Source: Marsupella aquatica (lineage: Eukaryota; Plantae; Marchantiophyta). From it: a stretch of DNA of 64,000 nt. The notes below the pieces were generated by a model. That model worked only from the letters and a program-made list of their open reading frames with translations, ran no database searches and was not told where the DNA came from. Shown here one piece after another: positions 38,851 to 50,799 of this stretch (its first letter is position 1; each line of letters opens with the position of its first letter). The stretch covers positions 3,144,490-3,208,489 of the forward strand of contig OZ316893.1 of the NCBI GenBank assembly GCA_973895155.1, given 5' to 3'. The position numbers and the translations under genes are program-made.

Positions 38851-41744
38851 GGAGCGCAATGCCAAGACTACCTACTGCAACTTCCGGTACATAGTCAACC
38901 GAGCCTAGGCTGGTTCAATCGGCATATCAGCACCGAAAAAGTGCGAAAGCCCCACATATCCATAAAGGACCATAAAGGAAACAGAAGTAGAAGTAGTGGA
39001 GTGAACGGGCATGGTGCTGTGCCCCACCATCACCAAACTAAGATATTCATGCGGCTTGCCTTTAAAGTGTCTCCCGCTGCATCACTTAGCTAGAATTTAA
39101 TATTTGTTATCAAGTTAGTATACTTTGATTACAACCCATAAACTGTTAATATACAAATAGTATTCATTTTTGTATATATCAAGAGTTCTAAGTAATATAT
39201 ATATATGAAGTTCTATTTCTATATTCAATTGTTGCTCAGAAGATGTGACTAGACCACCACTGTCGTCTATATAAAAGAAGTGTCCAAAACTTCTCACTTT
39301 TGCACATTTCACTCCTCTAGGTGAGAGTTTGTTCCACAATTTCAAGAAAAAGTAATTAAAAATGGTGAAACTTGTTGTATCCAGGTTTGACATGGGACAT
39401 GGACAGTGGCGCTTTAAGTACTAAAGATGGCATTGAAAACATGGTATTCTTTTGCAAAAGATGCCCCAAGATGTCATGGTCAAAGGAAGAAGTTTTATTA
39501 TCCTCAAAAAAGACAATATTATCCTCAAAAAAATGAAGACTATAGTCTCAAGATCAAGCAAAGATTCATTTGACATCAATCTACTTCCCCTTTACGAGCT
39601 CCATACCAAAAAACCTCCATCTAAGGGTAATGTATTTCCCGTTTAATACTCCATGCCAAATGGTAGTCACGGGACCCTGTATCCAAGTTTGGAATTTTTG
39701 TTCTTTGGGACTGTAATATATTAATACTCCAGAGCCAGCACAAATCTGTATATTGTACCCTGGCTAGTATAGTTATGTACTGTTTTACCTTGTAACCTAC
39801 TGTAAAACAATTTTGGGTACTACCCATGCATTTTAATCAATCCAATCTGAATGTCATAACCTTGGGCAAAGTATTGTTCCCTTCTCTTTGGGTTTTGTAA
39901 ATGGACTATGAGAGGGACTTGGTTGGATCCCTTATTATAGTGGTCACTTGATCTTTCTGTAGGAAAGAGCAGTGGTTAAGACATCTGGGTTCATATTCAT
40001 GGGATCTGGAAGCCTGTCTGGAACTTAAAATCTTGTGCCATGCAGTACAGGTGGGGGGTCTCTTACATGATTGTGTGATGGGACTCATAAAAACTAAGCT
40101 GAAAAAGAATATGGATGGAGACCATTTAACGGGCCATTTGAAGAAAAACATGCCAGAGGAAGCACCTTTCGGGGGGAATAATGGGGATAATTATTGAAAA
40201 ATTACAAGGGAATAATAAAATTCCGATTTACAGAAATTACAACAGTCAGAAGTAACCCCAATAAGGCACCATTTGAAGTTTAATAAGTGTCACTGAAAAC
40301 ATCTCACTTGAGCATGTCAGGAGGGGTTCTCCAAAAGGCACCGCTGTGCATAGCAACAAGCTTTCAGATAAGATATTAGCCACTTGGATGATTATCAGCG
40401 TGTCCAAATTTCCAAACCAAGTGCATCCCCCTTGGTCACCATATCAACCTTCTAGTCCACTTGTATCAGTGTCGCAAAACGTTAATGAACCAATGATAAA
40501 AAGTTAATGAGTGAACCCTTTGCCCTTTTGGAATCTATGGGTGGCATGACAACCAGTGAAGATTCTTCCCCCCCCCCCCCTCCCCCCCCTCCCTAAAGGT
40601 CGCAAACCCAGTGACTGGAAAGCCTTGATTTAGGATGAGGGCGAAACTAGAGTTGAGATCGGGCACTTTTGGAATCATTTTCTGGGTAGTGTAAAGGAGG
40701 CGCAGAGTTTGAAGCTGAAACCAAATGCCGTCCAGGTGCATCCCTTGCCCCAACCCCAAATGCCTCCCCAAGGTGCCAAGTTGTCATTCTTCCAAGAATT
40801 ATGCAAAAATGGTTTGTAAACAACAGTTGTGGGGTTATGTTTTCGAGAGTGCTGTTTGTTGTTCCAAGTTTTTTAATGGTACTTTTTCCTTGGATGTTTT
40901 CCTGTCCCACTTGCCGATCTAGTTTCGACACTTGATGTAGACCACTAGCTTGTTGCCACATTTGCTAGGTATGATGAGGACCTCGGTCCATTTGCGGTAG
41001 TTTTAGTTACTCTTTCTTGGTTTTTAGGGGTTTCTTTTTGCTCACTTCTTTTAGTTCCTCTTTCTTGGTTTTTAGGGTTTCCTTTTGCTCACTTCTTTTG
41101 CGTTTGATTTTGTCCACTTGGGACCTCTCTTGTTTATTCTTTTGTACTCTATTTGACCTTTTTCTGTATAAAGTATGTATATATTTTTTTCACTCGTGAA
41201 GAAGGAAATATACCAAGATCCACTACAGTAGGCTGTCAAACAACATAGTATAACATCTAGTGTACAATATCAAGCAACCTCAAGATTGACTAGGTAATCT
41301 CTTAGGTTCTAGACTAGGGGGCAACTCAAGGGTGCTTGTAGTGCAACCAGTGGAACTAGTATTTGTTTTGTTATAAAAATCCTATGAGGACATGTGGTGG
41401 AACGCGGCATCTACAGTAGTCTTTAAGGGCCCTTTTGATAATCTTTGTTAGTAACGAGAATTTAGCTTGGTGGACACCCACAGTCATCAATGACACCAAC
41501 TCACTTAGGGGAATATTACAACTCAGAGCAAGTGAACGGACAAGTCTTCCATAGTTTACTAGACTGAGACCCATCCCGATTATTTATATCATCCACAAAG
41601 ATACACCAAGAAAGAGCATGCCCATCCTTCGATGGCAAACCACAAAGCACAAAAAGTATCTTATTTTCTAACCATAGTACTGTAGTACTGTTCACCTTAA
41701 TTAGTGTTATTCAGACTAATTCTGTTATAATATTATTTATGCTC

Positions 41745-41877
41745 GCATGAATTAATGTTCCTTTGAACAATATTATTTCCTGGCATGAATTAATGTTCCT
41801 TTGAACAATATTATTTCCTGGCATGAATTAATGTTCCTTTGAACAATATTATTTCCTGGCATCAATTAATGTTCCTC
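41745..41877. repeat. 38-bp minisatellite, ~3.5 copies
   Basis: GCATGAATTAATGTTCCTTTGAACAATATTATTTCCTG at 41745, 41783 and 41821, partial at 41859. Confidence 0.95.
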
Positions 41878-44800
41878 CAAACTCAAAAGTGAAAACAGTG
41901 AAACAGAAAAACTATTTTGAAAAATAAATAAAAATGAGTGGCAACTTGAACTCAAGATCACCCATTCTTTACTAGTAAAACTTCAAACAACAGTGGAAAA
42001 ATTTGTTTTGAAAAACTAATCATGCTTAGTGTTACTTTGCACTCAAGAGTTTAAAAACAGCAGTCCTCTCTGGTTGGTCCACCCCCTCCCCCTTCCCCCT
42101 TGGTCCGGCACCCCTCTACTTACATTTACTTTGCACAAATTGGACGAAGAAGTGGCCAAGATGGCTAATGCTGGGAAGGCCCCACATTACTACCCAGTAC
42201 AATATATCTGCCTTCCCCGTTTGGATCAGTTCACCCAATTTTGTACTAACACTAATTAGGGTGAACACTGTATCATGTCTATCAGACATGACTTCTATCC
42301 CCATTTTTTCTCCTACAAGGATCATCTCCCCATCTTCCTTTTCTTCTAAGGTTTGTTTTTTCCTCTTTCCACCACCAGCTCTCATATCCAACCCTTACAA
42401 CTTAGGTCAGATGGACATGGCCTATCCCTTCTTTTTCTCCATCAGTTTCTATATATTTCTCTTTCCTTCCATCAGCTCCAACCCTAGTGTCAATTAGACA
42501 TGACCCCTGTCCACACATTTTCCTCCTACCTGGCATGTCTACCATCTTTTTTGGCGTAAGGCTTCTATTCCCATCTTTATGTCCTCCTGCCAGCCACAAG
42601 TTTTCCCCAAACTCCCCTGCCTTTTTTTCTCTCAGGCTGTGGGCCCTCCAAGATACAGTTTGGCAAATGTTTAACCCTTCAGTAATGCATTCTCAAAATC
42701 AACGACGTTGACAAGGTACATAAGGTATGCCCCTTGTGTACGGACATCCCAAATAAGGAAAATGTGTATTGTTCTCCTAACCTAGACCCATGAAAACTTT
42801 GGCTAAGTAATTAATTCTCTAAAAATCCATGTAGTTGATGAAGGAGACTAATTTTAAACTGCACTGGCCATATATAAGGGGGAAGTGTCCAATACTTCCC
42901 CCTTGTTCCACTTTCCACCCGCCTTCCCTTTTTTGTGCCAGCCTACTGTATCAGTCTGCCGCACAATTTCAGGAAAAAGTTACTATGTGGATCCAGATTT
43001 TGTCATGGCTAGTGGCATTTTAAAACTATCCAGATTTTGTCAGGGCTAGTGGCAATTTAAAAATATCCAGAACAATCATCATAAAATATATTGGACTTCT
43101 CGGCCATGGCTTCCCTAGGGATAGAGGAGTTTTGTTTTACAACAAGAATTCTGTACATTCAAAGGTTAAGATGCTATTTTAGAGCCCTATTCCATCAACG
43201 TCAAATGTGCTCTGCACCCATCCGGCCTTGCGAGCTCCTTGTGCCCTCACCCATCGTTACTTGCGAGCTCGTTGAATGAGGCTGAATGGCAGGGCTGACC
43301 ATCTACTCCCGACTCTAAAACTTGAGGGCTGCTTTCAAGTGATGAGTTACCTCCGAAATTTTGGAAGAATACCTCCGACATGTGGGAGCTTTGAGGATAC
43401 AGACCATGAACCCGGTTTGAGGGGTGAAGGAGTAGAGCCTTACGACCTCAGTGATCCAAGTTTCTCAAGTAACTCATCAGTGATGGTCTGTTGCTGTTTC
43501 TTGAACAGGTCGATTGACACCCTCCAGTCTTCGTCTTTGCTCTACGCGAACAATCCCTGCAAAGATTGGCCTCCATTCTCTTCAACCACTCCTCGCTGCA
43601 AAGGACAGAGGAACCAGCTTTGCTGCTAGCACCACTAGTCCTAAAATTCCAAATGAATGTCAGCTTTCTTTTGTTGATATATGACCCACAATTAAAGAAC
43701 CAACGCAGATGTGTTTACATCAACCCCGTCATATATCGATTTCCGCCATCTTTTGCCTTCCCTATTTTAATCTCACTTGGATCCCGGGAAAATGGTAATA
43801 AATCCCTGTACCAAATTTCCCTACATATTTGTGCCTATTGACCTATTGACACAACTTGGACTCAATCTTGTGTTTGAGCAGCAACAAAACATTGCTTTTT
43901 CCCTCCGTACAGGATTGCACCAAAATTTCCTCGATTTTACTGAGACCCAGATTCTGGTGCAATATTACCCTAAGGTAGAGAGCTTAGGAGAAGGCTCTCC
44001 AAGCTTCAAACCATACATCTCTCACCTCGCCTGCCAAAACTTTGAGTAAACTTTGCTTCAGTCTTACCTTGTCAGTGCAATGATTACCGCTGATTTGCGA
44101 CAGTGGTTCACGATGGAGACATCATCCTGCCGATTCAACAGCTACTTCAGTCCACAAAGAATCCTTTATTCCTAGGTGAAGCTCCTCACAGCCGAGTCAT
44201 AGACAGTGCTTGGAGATACGTCTCATTGCAAGAGAATTGTTACCAAGTGGCTTTGCTTGTCCTGAAATGGAAAATTGCGAGTCATCTCAGCTCTTACCCA
44301 ACCCTGCAGATTGTGCGTTGCCTTCGTCACCAAGATACTTTTGTGAAAATGAAGAACAACACCACTTCAGAATCTTGTGAAAAGTTACTGTGAATGAAGC
44401 TGAGACCGTGAGGTATGAGCTGGACCTGGAATGGCATTGCGCCTCCTGAAAAGTTCTGACCATCCAATCCGTTTCATCGTCCTGCCATTTGAAAATGCAG
44501 TGGGACAGACAATAGCTGTTAAACTCAATCACCACTATCTACTGTCCCTCATATTTTTATCAACTATTTTCTGGTGACATATGTATCTCTACTCGGACGA
44601 GTGCGCGTAACAAAGGAACATATAATAAAACTATACCTCGAAATGAAAAGCGGCAGTCTTGTGCTAAAATTATGAACAACCAATAACCCTTCGGTCTTCA
44701 CCGGGAAGAATCAAGCGACAGCTTCTGATAATTCGTTATATGCTGCAACAACGTATTGTCTTTGGTCAAAGATGATAATAGATGATAAATGGATATGTAA

Positions 44801-46208
44801 AAGAAGAACTAGCAACTCAGGTCAGTGGGATTATGATGGAAGTCGATATCTGGGACTACTACTAACGTACAGTTCCAGAAATAAGAAAATTGTACAGAGT
44901 GGAGGTAGCACTAGGCCATAGACTTCTGAGTTAGAACGTGTCCATGATATCAACCATTCAGATCAATTTCCTCTCATTACTGAAGAAGGAACTCATTTGA
45001 TTGACTCTCAACCATCTCGATGCTCAAAATCAATCGAAACTTCTTTAGGCGACAAATGAGTTTATCTCACAGGTGAAAATCTTTAATGTTGTAATGCCTC
45101 GCTTCCTGCAATACAACTGAGCTGCCATCAACACAGAAAGGAACTACACAATCTAGAGACATCCATCCTATCCTTGACAAATGGGATCGAAAGCACCAGT
45201 GGAGAGTCCGTGCCGATCTTTGAAATACAAGTCAGGATCCTGAAATCTTTCCATAGACTCTGAAATTCTGATGTTTGCCAGCCTGATTAATAAGAACAGC
45301 AGTACACAATTCACACAAGAGTGGTAACTGAGTATATCACTGGTGATGGTCTAAAGAGTGTAGGGCCCGCCACTCAATCAAACCTAGCTGGTTATACATC
45401 ACTGTCAAAAGGCTCCCATTTCTCACACAAGATGCAGCCCAATGATGATTCGATTTGGCAGAATAACGAAGGGGTATGTGGGCACCCACCGACACCTCAT
45501 CTATAAAAGCCGTTTGTGTTGCGTAGTTTGCAATTCCCGTGAAGCCCATCCACAACCATGATCTAGCACTGCCCCGGACAAATGTATTCACAACATAAGG
45601 GAAGAAATTTATCAAGCCTTCCACCTTGAAGTCCATTTCGTCAAGATCAATTCAGCTATGCATTGGATAGATGAAACTCATGCACATACAGAGCGGACAG
45701 GTTCAGGCTTCAAAATTTGGAACCGTACAACTGAGAACATAAAGGTTACAGGTTGGGGATGTCTCTTAAACTGGAAGAATTCCGAAAACACGCTCCATAT
45801 TGTCAGTTGGAATTTTTTTATCAATGGAGAAGGAATTTTTTTTCAAGTTCCATTATTGAACCAATGCACACGCGCTGGACAATTTGACCTTGCCTTAAAT
45901 GATAACGGCCAAAATACGAGAACACCGAGCTCTGTGGAACAAAGAGACTTGCATTCACAAATTCTGACAGAATACAATTCATTTCGGACGAGATCTGAAA
46001 TGGGTTTTGCGTTTAGAAGTGCAGGTTACAGATTAAATTCAGGCCAATATGAAGAAGTACGAGTGGAACGATTATCACTAGTTACAAGATTCAGTCCTGC
46101 AAAAGGGTGCAGGCGATTGAGCTCAGTCAAAATTTGAGATGCTTTCTTAAAATGAAAGAGGTTGCATTCAACTCTCTTGAGTTGCTCTTCGGACCCGGGA
46201 CATAACTT

Positions 46209-47141
46209 TCAAGACACAGAGGGCGACTTGGGGCAGAAGTCGGGTGACGAACTCGGACGCACACGAAAATGCAACAAATCTCCCACACTCGTCACAAGAT
46301 TTTCTGAGCAAAGAAACTCCGTCGCGTATTTGTTCTCCACAGGGCGAGAGAAGTCGTGAACAAAAATGTCTACGTAGCCCGGGCCAGTGCGGGACCTCGC
46401 CATGACCGCGGCGGTGAAGATGGCGCTCATTCGACCTGGGAAGGAGGGATCCCTGAAGCTCCGAGGACCGTCGATCATAATGACATTCCACTCCACTGAG
46501 AGGAGCGCCTGTGGGAGTCCCTGCCTTGTTGTTAGCGCCAAAGGGCAAGTCGATTCGGTGATTGATTGGTAAGCACTGCAGTTACTGGAACGCAGCTTTC
46601 TGGAGGTGAGTAGAAGTTCTGAAGCCTCTCCCAAATTCGTCGAGTAGTTCACCTTGTAGCTCTCCAATCGAGGATGGTTGTTTCGCATTCGGTCAATCCA
46701 CTCTTGATTCTCTTCCAGAAATGCAGTGCGCCCACCATAATTGAATGTTGCCCAGAGCAAGCTATCGTACCACATTCCGATCACCAAAAAATTGCAGGGC
46801 CCACGTTCCATCAGGACCCTCATGGTCACAGATATCTCGTCCTTGGATTGCTGAGGGACTTCCGGAGTGGTGGCAAAGTGAAGCAGAGCAAGGGAGACCT
46901 CTTCTGGAACTAGGGCAGCCGATGAACGATGCGACCTGAGCTCGGGTTCCGAAAGAAGACTCGATACAACAAGCTTGCAAGATAAAGCAAAAATGACGAG
47001 AGTAAGCAAAGCCGATAACACAACGAGTGGGAGAACGCATAGCGGAATTCTCTGGAACCTTTGGTACAGCCTCATCTTAAGCAACCTTCCAAACTCATCC
47101 TTTGCCATTTCCTTTCGTAGTTGGTGCACTGCTACAATCAT
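46209..47141 (-). CDS. DUF579 polysaccharide O-methyltransferase (GXM/AGM/IRX15 family), intronless CDS
   Basis: N-terminal TM helix, then ALLHFATT..VPQQS, PCNFLVIG, NYGGRTAFLEEN, EWNVIMIDGPR, PGRMSAIFTAAVMAR, DIFVHD, EFLCSENLV. The true start may be a downstream Met (MAKDEF or MRLYQR). Confidence 0.93.
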   Translation of the reverse strand: MIVAVHQLRKEMAKDEFGRLLKMRLYQRFQRIPLCVLPLVVLSALLTLVIFALSCKLVVSSLLSEPELRSHRSSAALVPEEVSLALLHFATTPEVPQQSKDEISVTMRVLMERGPCNFLVIGMWYDSLLWATFNYGGRTAFLEENQEWIDRMRNNHPRLESYKVNYSTNLGEASELLLTSRKLRSSNCSAYQSITESTCPLALTTRQGLPQALLSVEWNVIMIDGPRSFRDPSFPGRMSAIFTAAVMARSRTGPGYVDIFVHDFSRPVENKYATEFLCSENLVTSVGDLLHFRVRPSSSPDFCPKSPSVS

Positions 47142-49459
47142 ACACCGAGTTTGATCTGGTCCAGCTCACTTGAGGCACCACACCAGACGATGCTTGGGCG
47201 CTTCTCCAGCTCCGTCACCACATTCCCTTCTTTACACTCGTTCTCAAACAAGACGTACACTTTAGACATCAATTACTTCAATTCAGAGTAAAGCTAATGC
47301 TAGAAACGAACATGGGATCCAACTAACAGACCAGAAAGGCCAGTACACCAGTATACACTCTACATGTGCGTTGATTCTTCTTCGAATAGATTGCTTCCAA
47401 TTCCAGCTACGACACTGTCACCAAATTCAATGCAGGTGGCTATACATCCCAGCATAGTAAGCTAGCCTGAGACCTCAAACGACTAGCTCACCGACTTCAG
47501 AAGACATGACAAATCCTGAACTACAGAAGATTAGAGCTGGTGATTTTACGGCAGCAACACTAGATGGACTCGCACTTTTCTAAATCCAGCTGAAGAGCAA
47601 ACAGTTTCTATCAGGTTCCTTCTCTATCCACCGATCAGCATAAACCACAGCAATGTACAAACACCAACCACGAACTTGATTTCAACACAAAGAACAGAGG
47701 ACCAGAAGTGGGATTTCTCGTTCACTTCGAGAAACAGAAGTACTCTCTACTCAAAAGCAATTCATTCCAGACCGACCTACAAAAGATAAAACGTAGTTCG
47801 ACGATTCACCAATAAAACTTAAAACACTAACTGATCAAAAACATTCAGAAACAAAATTTGGTAGTTTGTTGAGGAATGGTAGAAGACTCGCTCTACTTTG
47901 GCTTCGAGCCAGAATGATGGTGAATCAGAACCGCAGGCTCAGCTTCTCCGAGGTCACCCAGAAGAGAAGGGACCCAGCAAGAGAGGGCGAGCAGATGAGT
48001 TCGAGCACATATTAATTAAAGAATCATCTAGGGGTATCCTCCTTGCATTTTTTGATATCAAACACGAACATAAATGTTTAGAGGCAACAGAAAAAAGGAT
48101 ACATTCTCTTTGGACCTCTTTTTCTTTATAACCCTTTTTCTTGCGTTTCATTGTACTTTGTTTTTTTTCCTGGTATATATAATTTGGTGACTTGTCTTCT
48201 GTTTACAATCTTTTTTAATGATACAACAACAAATTGGGCTAGCAAACCAAGCTGTTGTCTTGCTTGTGATTGCATCGTCACTGAACACAACTTTGGGACC
48301 AGTAGCGGGAATGCCAAACTCGGGCCGTGCTTACTGCAATCACCTTGGCAAAATGTGCTTTTGCATGTCCTACCATGTCTTGTCATTTTTGAAACGCAAT
48401 ATTTGGCTGCGTCACTTCTTAATTTTCTGTGCAACATAAGGGTATTGGACTTGTAATGACGGCGTTGCTCCAACTTAAAGCAATATTCCCCAAATGGAAT
48501 AAAATACGTTTAGGACTATTAACTAGATAAATGAATTCGGAAAAAAATAAGATACCTAAAAGTGTGAGGATCCCCCAAAAGAAAGTAGTGTTATTTGCTC
48601 AAAAGAATAATTAGTTGAAAAGAATAATTAGTTGAAAAGAATAATTATTCATTCCTTTGTAGTGTTTGGATGAATTTTTAATAACCCTTAAAGCAAGAAT
48701 AAACTACACTAGTTTTGGGTGACTTTGTACTTGTGCTTCAATGCTTATTCCTTTACGTACAAAGTGTTGGCCCCACTTCAATCTATCCCCCATTTATCTA
48801 GTAAACAATTGTTGAGCTTTTATACTACCGTGAAACCCTTTCAAAAAAATGGTAGGCCTCTTATGGTTTTCTCATAATGACTTAAGTTAGCTACCTGCAC
48901 GTAAGTCACTCAAAATCATAAATTTAGAAAACAGAACTTTGAGCTGTAGCTGATAGGAGGGTGGGGTGAAATGTTTGTTTCACACACCCCTTGGATTCCT
49001 CATGTTCTTGGGTATGAATAGCTTAGGGTCTGGATATGATAGTGTCTCAAAAATTATATTAATATAACTTGAATTTAAGGGATTTAAACAACATATTCTA
49101 ACAAAGGATGGGCAAGATCAAAAAATAAATATAGAACTTGAGAGGGGGTCCCAGAAAAAAGAAAGTGAAAAACATTTAGAGCAGGGTAAAAATAATTTCA
49201 AAGTACACAATACAAAGGATACATCTTGTCTAAAATAAATTGAAACAAAGTCTAAATAAGACAAAGTAACCTGAGTAGGCTCCCTAACAAGGTAACATCA
49301 GACAATGAATTGACAAACCAAAATAATGAATAAATTTAATTGTTGAGCCTAATGGCGGCTGTTTTGGGTGACTCTTTTTGTTCTGGCTTCCTGAAGAGTT
49401 TAGGGTTTAGGGTATTTATTCTCTTTGCCTATTCCACTACGTGCATACCCAAGGAAGGA

Positions 49460-49910
49460 TTGAAAGTCAAGTCTGCAGATCGAAAAGCTTCAGAGTAAAT
49501 TTGTAGCTCTCTCAATGCTTGATGATAGTTGATAGTATTAAACTTGTTCAGGAAACCTTCCAAGCCTCTAACAAACCCAAGAATAGTCTATTCCACTGTG
49601 TACATGTCGAGAAAGAGAGAAATTGAAGGTAAAAGTTTCCCGATCAAAACCTTTCAGAAGCAGGTGTACGACGTAAGATGAGTGACAGGATTACCTTTGA
49701 AAAAACGTAGCAAGCTCTTTGAAAGTTGGCAATACAAGACTGGTCGGAAAAATCTTTCCAAGCACTTAGAATCAAGGGAGAGTTTGAATGGAAAAGTTTG
49801 TTATAAAAAGACTTTCAGGAGCGGTAAGACTGTGAACGGATGACAGTGTAAAGGGTATCTAAGTCCATGGGGTTTGTAAGGTTGTGAGCTCGTCCATCCA
49901 GGCTTCAATT
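49460..49910 (-). repeat. Second copy of the dispersed repeat seen at 20295-20720
   Basis: Reverse complement gives TGAAGCCTGGATGGA..., CTTCTGAAAGGTTTTGATC, TATTCTTGGGTTTGTT, CTTGGAAAGAT and TTGAGAGAGCT, matching the SET-gene intron copy. Confidence 0.6.
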
Positions 49911-50799
49911 TATTCGATCCACAGACAAAATCTATTATTTCGTGCAAGATTTCTAGTGTATTTGCCCTCCTTCATAGTAGAGAACTCGTTCATTGGATCC
50001 CTCGGAGGTTAGTCTGATTGTAAAAGGGCTAATACTAACGTCACCCCAGTAAGAAATCCCGTCTCCCGGATTCCTGTATAGAGTGACTCATTCGTAGCAT
50101 TTGTTCTACTCCATACTCCAAATTTTTAAGATCACATCTAAACGGGAATACACCCACATCAAAGTATTGAGCTATGCTAGCTAGTGTCTTAATTAGAAGT
50201 GGAGAAAACAACAACTTCTAAAGCCCCGAAATCATCACCCCTGCGTTGCAGCAAACTTCCTCACTTTGTTGGAACACATTTGCATAATGTTCACATCAAG
50301 TATCCCAATAAACAATACCGGCCTTCGTTCCATGCCCCAATGCCTGGTTGCTGGTACCACAGTACAAATGGTTCAATGTCAAATTAGTTCCATCTCGTAT
50401 ACATTGAACGGTTGTACAGAGCAGAAACAAGCCTTTGATCAGACAATGGTAACGGGCAGACCTCCCAAAGACGTAATCAGCATCAGAAATGTACTCCAAT
50501 TACTCTCGTTTCAATCCCTTCTGATTTCAATGCCTTCCTTGCAGTGTAAGATGGAGGTCAATAGATTTTCCAAGTACAAGGTATCTTGCACCTCATGGAC
50601 TTACGGAGTCCAGAGATGGCTTACGACAACGATTAAAAACCTTTTCCATAGGAATCAGAGAGAAGTGAGAATAGAAACCCGACTCTCACCTTCTTGCTCA
50701 GGTGGCAAGTGCTTTGAAGAACTGCGATCCTCTCCAATATTCGAGCTCTGCTACAACATGAATGGCTTATCTGCATTTCCTTGACTAAAGCGCGAAGGA

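Noticed and set aside
39100-43080. Short ORFs and a possible transposase remnant
   Set aside because: CpG-depleted, decayed repeat-like DNA. I could not identify a domain or reliable termini (only an 8-bp CCACTGTC/GACAGTGG pair at ~39257 and ~39402).
50266-50784. 172-aa plus-strand ORF
   Set aside because: TTG start, no recognisable domain, and antisense to the probable CCA 3' UTR.
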